Assembly (NCBI RefSeq): GCF_003704095.1
Contig: NW_020843703.1
Location: 62,001 to 126,000 of the forward strand
Reading direction: 5' to 3'
Origin: Pocillopora damicornis
Lineage: Eukaryota
DNA: 64,000 nucleotides
The notes under the pieces were generated by a model. It searched no databases, was not told the origin of the DNA, and was given only the letters and a program-made list of their open reading frames with translations. The position numbers and the translations under genes are program-made. Each line of letters opens with the position of its first letter. Position 1 is the first letter of the stretch. Of this stretch, positions 49,301-60,121 are shown in pieces.

Positions 49301-52300
49301 ACCAAAATGGTGCATGCAGGATCGTTCAAAGGCATTCATTTGAGAATTCAAATGTAGTTCTATGTTGATTCAGAGGGCTTATTTAAGAAGGAAGGATATG
49401 AATCACAGCTTTAGATATTTTAAAAGTATTCAAACTTACTTTAATAACAGAAGGTAGAGCTCCCTCCTGGTCGATATGCTCTTATAAAAGTTAATAAACT
49501 CATTGAAATCCAGTAAACCATCAGAATCTTGATCATCAGTGTCTGCTGCCTGGGGTTGAAACAATTAAAGTTGCTCATATCAAATAAAATTGCGACAAAT
49601 AGGCAAACCAACACATCTGCAAACAAACCTGTTTATCAAGCTAACAAACGAGGCATAATAATAAAGGTAAAAAAAATTTAAATATTGCCAAATTATGAGA
49701 ATATAAATAGGGTAAATACATAGTCTCTGAGGTTTCAGTTGTAAATGAAAACTAATACCAACTAGGTCACAAAGCTTTACATGTATCTATAAAAGCTGCT
49801 TGAGGAAGTAAAAATTTAAATGAATATTCACCTCAAATACAAAGCTACTGTAACATAACACTTGTCCTTTAGTCTACTAGGCAATGCTGCCTTGGCAAGA
49901 TGACCATTAAGGCTGGGTTTTCATGACCCTCCATAAATGACTGACCCACATTATCAAACTATAAGAGTTCAATTGGTAACTGAGAATCTTCCATCTATAG
50001 CTAAAACAAACTATATAAATACCACTATTAAATGAAGCCTTGACTGCTTAAACAAGATGTCATGAAACCAATGAAAATGTCTAATAACAGGAAACTTCCT
50101 TAGAAAAAAATTGGCCAACAAGCACCAAATGAACAAAAACTGGAAACAAGTTCAAGCAAAACTGCAGTTTTTTTATTTTCAGCAAGGGGCCATTTTTGGT
50201 TGTATGACATACTGCTGCAATTATAATTGTCAAACAATAAGTCTTTTGTTTACAGGTGTCCTAACATGATCATAATTGAGGGAATACTGGCAATGGTCAA
50301 AAATCACACAGTCTAACATCCAAAAAATTCTAGGTAAACCACAACCAAAAATACAAACAATACTTTCACTGAAGTATCAGGTCATCTGGTAAAAGGAAAG
50401 ACTGAAATACACACACACACACCTTAAATGTCTCTCGTAATTTCCTATTTGATATTTTAACATTGAGTTTGTGCATCAAAGAAAAGACTTCATCAACGCT
50501 TAAGAGACCATCTCCACTTTTGTCCGCTGAGAGAAAAACCTCTTTTAACCATCTACACAATTGTGAAGGAGAACACAGCAAGGAACAAAACTTGAAAACA
50601 AAACAGCAATAATACAGACAAACAAAACAAAAAACTAACTCTGACTCTGTGCATGGAAAAAGTTGAAAATTTCAATTCTGGAGAAAATGCATCAGAGTAA
50701 GGTACTATGGAAAAAGATTTGGGCTTTGGGAATTCACATGGAATTATGGCCAACAAAAGAAGAGAAATAGAAACATATCAGCCAAAAAAAAAAGTAAAGG
50801 ATAGTGGCCACTACAATGAAAAAAAAATTAGGCCTCTCCTTAGTCTAAAAAAGGATACTGGTCTCGGGAGGTCTGCCGCCGCAGTGGTTCATCTTCAGCT
50901 GCAACATAAGGTTAATCCATTATGTTTCATTGTATCAATTTGATGAAGAGATTATTACTTGCAGGTAATATCTTGTCTTTCAGTGTGGGAAAAAAAATTT
51001 TCTACCCAAGAAATAGCTGCCTGCCTAAAACAGATGCTTCATATACATGTGGATATCACTGACTTTTATCTACAATTATAAATGAATTAACATTCTTTAA
51101 ATACACTTTGAAAGAAATGTGGCATTATGGAGAAGTTAAATAGAAGTGGCCACCTTTTCTGGTTTTGCCAGAAGCACTTGGCTATTTATTCATTTATTTG
51201 TTTATGTATTCATTTACACCTGTAATCTTATATATCAAAGACCTGGGAAACATCCCAATTGGTAATTGTGGGAAAAGACATGTTACATGTTAATAAGGAG
51301 TTACTTGAAGTCTTAAAGCTTGCAAAGAACACGAACAAAAAACAAAACAAAAAAGTGCATTAATAAACAAACAAGCAAATAAGTGGAGGTATTAAATTAA
51401 ATTATAGTTATAAGTTGAATTGAAGCTGGCAAGACAGGCCAGTAAACATGAAATAATTAGAGACACCTACCTGGAAAGATTCCTAAGGAGAGAGTGAAGT
51501 GTGAAGGGAAGATGAGACAGTGAAAAGACAATAATGTAAGGTTAGAACAAGTATTAGTCACTAGTTTAAGATTAGAAGTGATACTGAAGTTTAAGAATTA
51601 AGAATTGGAGATGAAGTAATATAATATAAGAATGAAAGAGGCATTAGTTTGATGACAGGGTTTCAATTGTTATTTAGTCTCTCTGTTTTCAAGATCATCA
51701 AGCTACGTGCCATTCAGTAAAAAGGCAATTCATAGAAATGAGAACACTGGTTTTTTTCATGTTTTTCGTAGAGTAGCTACTCCCCTCTTAATCAAAGTCT
51801 AAGGGGGGAGGGGGGGTCACTTATTAGAGATTTCAATCACACTACAATGTATTGGTCTCACAGGTCCTCCATTTCTCATTTTTACTGTAGCATCACATTT
51901 TAGACCAAAAAGGCAGTTCTATTCTAATTAACACTAATACTTATAACCACTCAACCTCACAGACAAGAGGGCCAATTCCCACATACATCCTCCTCAATCC
52001 TGTTAGCTTACTATGGTCATGGCATTTCAAACATGGTGTATATGCCACAAGTTTTCCATTTCCCTGACTAATTACTTTGTAATAGTGTTTATATGTTGAG
52101 GAAATTGTTGGGTTGAAATATAATACAAAGACTTGCCAGTAGATAGTTTTATTACAGTTTTTATTCAGTGTAACGTAGGGCTGGAAAATAAACTAATAAG
52201 AGCTCGGCTTTTAGGCTTGGCTAAATCTATATATAAGTTATTGTAGAGGATAGTATTTCGCCTTGAGGTATAAATTCCCGTCCATTGTTCACCACGAAAA

Positions 52301-55300
52301 AACTTTGTCAAGCGGCAAAGCATCAGCGCGTATATTAACCATAGCCCGGACTCAAGCACAAGAGCAATATCATTCAAATCTTATGAAGAAGCTTCGAATT
52401 TATTTCCATTCCCTTTTTGGCCACTAAGCTGCCCCTTCTATAACCCTTAACCCATCTAAACTGATTTTTAAAAAGTTATAAACCCCTGAACTACTTCACT
52501 GACTATACCAGTTGTGTCGTTCGGTATCAAAAAACACCAAGAGAGAAGTACCCTTCCGAAACCATACGGTTTTTATCTCAGTCTTTAAGAACTATCTATC
52601 ATAATTTTTCTCTTACCCGGTTTGATGATGTAAAGAGGGCACAGTCGTTCGAAAATTGTCTCCAATACGTGCTAATATGTTTAAGACACGCCAAACGCTG
52701 CCATTATCAAAATAAAACTTAGGAACCTGGCCGTACACGCTGGACGTCGCGGAGTCAAACTGAATTGGCGGGAAAGTATCTGGAGCTGCTTTGTTTAATG
52801 CAAAAACTTTGACTCAACAACGCCTTTATGCGTTATTTTGTAACTTCTGATTTGTTTCAAAGAGATTGCTGAGAGAACGTGAATAGACAGGAGAGACTCG
52901 CTCCTCGGTTCCTAGCCAAGTTGGTGAACATGATTTAAATTGGCGACGCAAGACTTTGCAATTTTTTTTCACCGTCGAAGGCAAATTTCATAAAATAAAG
53001 AGTCTTTTGAAGCCAAAATGCGAATAGACCCATAACTGCATTAAAATACTTTAAAAAAACTGATATGTTGCATGTGTCGTGTCGTGTAAGTATACTGTAC
53101 CTGATCTCTTAGCCAGCAAGTAACGAAGGCCCACAGTCCAATGCAAAAATTCTTCTTGAGTTTGAAAAACTAAGTCAAGCGTGGAAAACTCATCTCCATG
53201 GATAATAGAAAAGCAGCTATTTTCTGAGTAAACCTCTGGGCACTGAGTGAAGGCATCCGTTGTGAAACCTTCGCGAACTTCCCTCACAGACGCCAGTGGA
53301 ACTGAAAGAGAGGCAATTAGTAGGTACATGTTTAGATCTACCACCCTTGAAAAAAAAGTCTTTAGACAGGGAGAACTATGCGGTGGTAAAATCAACAGAT
53401 TTTAGAGCCTTGCATATTGATCTGCAATGTTGGTAAGAGTACTGGAAACGTTATGGCTTACAACCATGACAAAAGCTGCAGTTGTTTTTCACTATTTTTT
53501 ACGCGTTACATACATGACAAAAGCTGCATTTGTTTTTAGATATCTTTTTACGGCTTAAAACCAAGACAAAAGCTGCAGTTGTTTTCAGATTTTATTCAGG
53601 GAAGGGAGAGGAGTATGAGAAAAGCTTAGAAGGCTCTCATGAGAATAATTTTACAATATGGAAAACATATCTTTTGTTCAAGGGTCTGGGTATGCATGAC
53701 AAAGTTGTTGCATCCCAACAACTTTTGACCAGAATTATAGAAAGGTCAGCAATATTAGAAGACAACTGTATTGCAATTTAACGGAAAATATTGAGATGAA
53801 AGAAGCAAGTTTAAAACGGCCTAATTCTTCTGCTTTGCTTAGCAGGTGTGCATTATGTCAATGAGGTTATGACTTTCAGACACTATGATAAGCAGGTGAC
53901 GCATGCAACGCTTAAGCTTATGTCTCGTTAGTTGGAAATTTCAGTCAACGATTGAGAAAATTTGGAGACATTGGAGACTGAGTAAGTCGGATGTAAGGTC
54001 ATTTTGTCCCAGATAACGAAAAAATAAAGAAACGAAATACTAACGCGAGCGAAGGCGAACACGAAATTCGCGAGTTTTCTTGCAACGTCACGGTTTCTAG
54101 TAAGCTTCTAGAAGAAACAAATTATGCCATTATTGCGATATACGCGCGAAAAATGAGAGTAAGTACTCTTGATGCGATTCCAAGAGTTTGTAAAATGTTT
54201 TGTTTGAGCGCCTGTTAACTTAATTCGACACCAAGTCCAATTTCCAGACGGACTAAAAGTTTAGTAATATGCAAATAAGACACATTAATCGAAGCTTTTG
54301 TTTGCTTCAGACATAACATTTAGGATACATATTTACCTGAGTTTCATCTTGTTAACACATCGTGGGCATTTCGGTCGCACCTACGTGTGTAAAGGGTCTT
54401 ACTAACGTAGAGAATCAAGTGCCATGCGAGCAAACATCAATCCCAAATTGCCACCCTTTTAGCATGAGATTAAAACTTGTGAGCATAAAACACTAATGGT
54501 AAATTAGTGATGATGATGAATAAATGAATGACAGTTCAGGCGACCAGTCGAGAGGACGAGAGCTTGAAACAATCACGGATAGTTGACGGAAAGCGGTTAC
54601 CAATACTTCTAAGGAATTATCATTAACAGCCGAGCAGAAAATTGAAGGAAAAAAACATGTATATTATTTATTTCTGCGCGTATTTAAATGAGTTCAACTT
54701 TAACTCTTGTGTAGTGTTGTTTATATGATTTTTTCTGAGAAGTGTTTTTCATTAGGAGTGATGTTTCTAACCTTAAAAATTGCGATACGAAGTTGTAGTT
54801 TTCTACTTTCATCTCAGTTGGCGGCCCATGGATGTTTAAGGAGTACTTGTTGTATGAGAGAACATGAAGATCTCTCTTTTGAGTGGATATTTGGTTGGGA
54901 TCCTCTGGGCATATTTCTTAGACTAATGACTTCTTCAGTAGCTGCACTGTACTAAGAGTTAGTTTAGCGCCTCCTCTTATTCTTGACTCGGGTTGATTAC
55001 AGCACATTTACCCTTCTCATGGCTTTCGTACGCCTTGAAGTCTGGTTTTATATGTGTTAGTAAAGTGCGACATAATTAATCTTATTAAGCACAAAATCCA
55101 GTTTATTCCATTACGCGACCATTTCGAGGGATTTTCGAATCAGTGGCGGGTAATAGCATTACGCTTTATTAAACCTTCCCAACGCGTAATAATTATAGCA
55201 AAATTGAGATTCATCTCTTTCGATAAATACATAGAACTTCAAGTGGGGTAAGCTACTGCATTTTATACTTTTCTTGTAAATAGATAAGGAAAAAGGTTCA

Positions 55301-56559
55301 ACGTGAGGGCCAATCCTTCATCAATTATTAATCAAAAGTGGCTAAGTCTTTTCTACATTTATGGAAAATAGAATTATATCAAACAGACATGCCTTGCTTC
55401 TTATAATAAAAAAAAATATCCCTTGTATACACAGACTCAACTGTGAAGAATACTACTTTCATATATTCACAGTCGAAGAATACAACTATTTTGTTTCAAA
55501 ATTAATAACTTTTTCTCAAATCCATTTGAACGATAGCTATCCCATTCTAAACAACTAATCAAGATGCGAAATATCTCTTTTGCGTTTTTTAAATGTTTAT
55601 CTATACGCGTAAATACTTTCTGTCTAGATTTTAAATATTTCTTTAAGCGTGAGAGGGGTCACAGTCTAATACTCTTAATCAATTTTTTTCAAAAACTTTT
55701 CTTTAAGGAAGGCATTATAACAATGCAAATGCAAATAACAGTAAGTTTGAAGATATAGCATCTTATGCAAAATCTTTGCCTTCTCTTTTAGCGTGTACCA
55801 CCACAAAAGAAGAAAAAAAAAAAGATAAAATTAGTAACAATTCAAAGCAGAGTCTTTAAATTCATCTAAAAAATCTCTTCATACGCAAGCTCGAGTAAGT
55901 TGGTTTTGGCTTTTATCTTAATAACTGAGAGATGAAAAAAAAAAATCTAAATTCAAACTCACGCTTACGACATCTTGTTTTACAGTAGCATGTATTTGAG
56001 TTAAATTAACGTTAAATTGAAAATTTGACTTACTTTTCGCACGGTCTCCCTTTTTGGAAGGTGTCCAACGGATGTTTAAAGATTGTTGATCAAGGAAGAA
56101 CTTTCGTGGATATTTCTTGGATGAACTTCGCAATTTTATGACCAATGCTCCCTTTTGCATAATATCGATGGACTCTCCGACTATAAACAGAACATACGAT
56201 ATTGATTTAGGCAATTTTCCTTATAGTGTTTATAGCAATAGCTAACTTACTCATGTAATTTAGGCGTTGGAGAACCGTGGTCTTATCAAACAAATCAGTA
56301 AATAAATGGGATTTTGAAGCTCTAGATGCTTATTTTTGCATCTGTTAAACACAAAATTCCTGTAAACAATTTCATGGACAAATGATCAAAACAACAAGAG
56401 AGGCAATCGAAATAAGTACTTACTGTTGGCAAATTTATGGTTTTCGGCACATTTTGCTGCCCTGCGGTGTTTTAATGTTTTCCATCTATGCACAGACGTT
56501 TTGGCGATGCTTGCCTCGTGGCTCAGTGATTCGATATTTTGCGTGGTAACACTCTTCAT
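37319..56559 (-). CDS. PLCH: Phosphoinositide phospholipase C eta-like (PH, EF-hands, X, Y, C2); 26-27 exons
   Basis: Phase-consistent exons: 56559-56424, 56180-56034, 53301-53101, 50898-50859, 50552-50423, 49549-49440, 48968-48902, 48063-47970, 47638-47521, 46762-46677, 45779-45659, 45346-45261, 45148-45069, 44483-44376, 43920-43738, 43002-42904, (42312-42235 tentative), 42174-42130, 41911-41815, 41396-41217, 40580-40473, 40304-40234, 39846-39787, 39272-39188, 38528-38382, 37880-37798, 37414-37319. Catalytic SSHNTY and VYHGYT are present. Eta-type signatures: [54 protein letters not shown], WDxDPIGRDF. Confidence 0.92.
41459..41705. repeat. Dispersed repeat; second copy at about 28835-29040
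   Basis: Shared blocks ttttgtcacaataaa, attggcagt, cgttccccctgaaaacc and cccaccc. Confidence 0.65.
43141..43500. mobile_element. Family 1 MITE (43167-43378) nested in a family 2 MITE
   Basis: Inner element TTAA-CCCTTTCACTCCCA ... TGGGAGTGAAAGGG-TTAA. The flanks rejoin to match the family 2 copy at 47157-47345. Confidence 0.82.
45149..45260 (-). other. U12-type intron with AT-AG termini in PLC-eta
   Basis: 5' end ATATCCTTT; branch site GCCTTAAC ending 9 nt from the 3' end; removal restores IFKDKL. Confidence 0.85.
47157..47345. mobile_element. MITE family 2 copy; related degenerate copies near 4985-5129, 27473-27691 and 34280-34457
   Basis: Shared core caaggagaat..tt.acaatcaagagct..tttcctttattct in either orientation. 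Confidence 0.65.
50553..50858 (-). other. U12-type GT-AG intron in PLC-eta
   Basis: 5' end GTATCCTTTT; branch site TCCTTCAC ending 10 nt from the 3' end; removal restores RDQWLK. Confidence 0.85.
53464..53590. repeat. Three ~50-bp tandem units (gacaaaagctgca..)
   Basis: The motif gacaaaagctgca recurs at about 50-nt spacing. Confidence 0.7.
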
Positions 56560-57904
56560 TTTGTTATTTCCAGGGATTTTTTAAACACCGCATACTCGCA
56601 TTTCGGAAAAAGCTCCTAGGGAGGATATGAAAAAAGTGACATTTGTAACAGGTGATTAAGCACCGTGAACACTTTGCATTATTAATTTGAGAGACGATAA
56701 GACTCGACCTGATTGGCTGACAGGTTAAGTGTAACCGGTGTGATGTAACAACAAACGTATTGCTATGAGGGAACCATATTAACTACATTACTTGTGGTTT
56801 AATTATCGTTTTTTAATTATTCACCACAGGAAAATATATCTATATTGCTACAAATTTTCCTTTGAAAAGCACAGGAAACGTCGAAGGCTATCCAGATAAA
56901 ATTTTTACATTACTGCATCAAGTTAGGAAGTTGTCGAGAATCCATTAAGTGAACTTTTCCCTCTTCAAGCTTACTCCACGCTTTTTCTTTAGTGAAGAAC
57001 ATTTTGCATTATTTGTCCTCGTCATAATACAATTGTGCCCTGAGGAAATGCTGTCTTTAACGTTTGCGTGCTAAAATCCCCATGTAATCTCCTTGCTCTA
57101 ATTGGAAGCGAAGATAATCCATATTAACACTGGAAATTCTTACAAAGCAGAGAATGAGTACGTTAAAACTGAAAACTTTTTGCACACCAAACTATTATTG
57201 AAAGATATCTCCTTCCATCTATTTGGTCATCTAATTGAGGTAGCAGTACAAATTTATGGAGCGATGCGAAGTTCCGGTTTCCCTTCCTTTTGGCAATGTA
57301 TAAGAAGAGTTAGGATACCTGGAATACTAATGATTACAAATACATGATTATCAAGATATAAATAGATACATCTTTTTGCACGACGTCTACTTCCATTCGT
57401 CGTTAATATAGCTTTGCTGTTTCGAATTTTCCTTTTAAGATCAAAGTAGTGAGGGTATAAAACAAAAACTAAAGAAAAAACCTAAGTGCTATACTTGATT
57501 AGAAATGCGCATAAATGAAAATTACCTTGGAATAGTTTGTTGAATGCAGGAAATTTTAAACTTAAAGGTTACTGCATGCATCTTGGCAAAGCAGTTAAAA
57601 GAGAATTACCGGTTAGGAGGAACCGCTCCGTGTTTGTCTCTTATATGAGGGCTCTTATCTCAGCGACAGAGAAGCAGTTAGAATTGATTGAAGAAAAAAA
57701 AATGATAATGAAATAGCATTTAGTGTGTTTTTCAGATATTATCTCCCAGCGATAGAATATGCAATTTCAGGTTGCTACTTGAGGTAGCTGTACTGTATCT
57801 TGCATCTATTTGAGGGTAAGTACAAATGACTAGGTACATGTTGAAGACTGGTTGAAATGTCCATTTTAGCTAGTCGAGTCATTGTGACTTGGTCTCGGAC
57901 GAGG

Positions 57905-58225
57905 CATTTTGGTCTCACAGTGTCTCCCTTCACGCAGGAGTGTAAATGAGTACCAGCAAACAGTCAAAGAAACTTGGGGAATTGACAGGCGATTAATTAC
58001 GACTGAAGAGTTTGAATGCCCCTAGTTGTTTAGCTTACGGGAACCGGGATAAGCAGTGGTAGTAGTAAAAGGGAGTACGTTTGTAAAGAAACTGTGGTGC
58101 TGTGTCAGTGGGGAGTATATTAAGATAAGTTTGGACTTATTTGCTTGTTTAATAATGAAAATTGGCCACCATAAAGAGTTTCTAAGCTGACGTTTCGAGC
58201 GTTAGTCTTTCTTCAGAGCGAATGC
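57905..58225 (+). mobile_element. Degenerate retroelement fragments (SINE-like segment followed by a second repeat fragment)
   Basis: ctcacagtgtctcccttcacgcaggagtgtaaatgagtaccagc and gctgacgtttcgagcgttag resemble common cnidarian repeats. Recognised from memory; only one copy in this window. Confidence 0.4.
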
Positions 58226-59603
58226 ATTGATGCGAATGCCGGTAATGGCTACCTGGCTCAAAAGTGTCAACCTAAATGTAACAGCAACAACAGCAAGGTT
58301 AATTTGTACTTTAAAGTAACTAATCAAACAGTAAATGAATTGACAATACATACACCTGCTAGTAACTGAAAATATTTTTAAAGCTAAACTAGCACCATTT
58401 AACGATTGAAAATATGTTTATTAGTCAGGAAAGAGGCCTTGCTGTATTCAACTGAATTATTTACATATATACACCTAATTAAAAGAAAACGATTACGGAA
58501 CAAATACATAGATAATTTTTACAATGGATTTTTATCAATAAAATAAACAAATAACAGAAATCGCAAAATACAGCAATTATTAGTAAAACTTCATGGAAAT
58601 TAACGAAATGCGAAGATAATTCTCTCTTAAATGAATAGGAAGTTGGAATCTGTACGTTCGTTAAGCCCATATTTGAGAGACGTGTTTGGCATTTGCTAGT
58701 GCTGGAAACTGTTAACGGTAGCAGAGCAGTTATCATCACGGATATATAATTAATTATCACGTTTATAGATAAATGAAAACTTGATTGAAAAATTGAACCT
58801 CTATGGTGAAACGTTCTTCATTTCCTTACATATTTTTGCATTTTATAGAGATATTCTGCCAACATTATAAAACAGGTCCTATACACAACGTAACTAATAA
58901 CACACTGCATTTTATCTCTTATTATCCTTATCATACATTAAAATGCTTACAAATTGGTAATGGCAGTGCTTAAGTTCTATTTAACAAATCGACATTGGTT
59001 TAACGTGTTCTGTGCTCTTATCGACAACATTGTTCTTATCACAGCGGTCAAAATGTTGTGGAATCACGAAGCAGCAGTGCTCGAACATGGTTCAAAACAG
59101 TGTTCTGTGTTGTTTCGTAATGATTAGACTAAGGTTTCACTCTAATTCTCCAATAGTTCAATTTTTCTTGCCTGCTGGAACGATTTAATGTTCTTTCTAT
59201 TAGACTACTGTATCTCGTGTTTTATGCAAGTACCTTTGGTTTTAAAATTTGACCGACAAGAAGTAAATGTTACTATATGAACAAAATGTCAACCTCTTGA
59301 AGGCATGTTCTTTTGAAAGTAGATACAAAAGATAGTTTCAAAACTCAGGATGCTATCGTTTGTACATCACGTAATCATAATGGTAATAATAATTATTATT
59401 ATATTAGTTATAACGATGATGATGATGAAAGAAACAACAAAAAAGGATACAAGAAAGAAATTTGTCTTACATGGATGCTGATAATAAAAGAAAAATTAAC
59501 TAAATATGAAACAGTGAAGATCCTATTTATAAATACATGGACTTTATAAGCCTGGTGGTGTGGTCTTTGCTTGCTTTCAGTCTTTGCAACACAAGGGGGA
59601 ATC

Positions 59604-59790
59604 CAGGGGTATACTCAGGATTTTTCAAAGGTGGAGGGGAGGGTCACATCGTGTCAAACAGAGGGTACTCAGCAGATTGTCATGTCGACCTTTACGCCGT
59701 GTTTTACCTAATGCATGTGACATAAAAAAGGCTTACAAAGAGGGAGTTCACGACCACCACAGGACCCCTCCCTCCCAAGCTACACCTCTG
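59604..59790. mobile_element. Possible hAT-like MITE
   Basis: GC-richer block with imperfect inverted ends CAGGGGTA ... TACACCTCTG; no clean 8-bp target-site duplication. Confidence 0.4.
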
Positions 59791-60121
59791 GGAGTCTCAG
59801 GTCCTCCTTGTGTCTTGCATTGCGTGCTGAGAAGATAATTTTAGATGTAAATGTAAAGGACACGATGGACACGGTGGACGACGTGAAACAAGGGTGGTCC
59901 ATCATTTTTTCGGAAGTCTTTCTAGGAGTTTTAACCCGTCTTCTAACCTAATATCAGTGTTATTAAAGAATGGAAGATTATAACCCCTATAAAATGATGA
60001 ACGCCTTAAACTACTTCATCTGAAACTGGTACTGTAGCAAGCAGTTTGTGATCACTGCTGATAAGCACAACCTTATCCAGTGTAAGGCTGATGCGAAAGT
60101 GATCTGAAGAGTATCGAAGAA

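Noticed and set aside
18452-56559. GPCRs plus PLC as a functional signalling cluster
   Set aside because: Intronless GPCRs are abundant in such genomes; proximity alone is not evidence of coupling.
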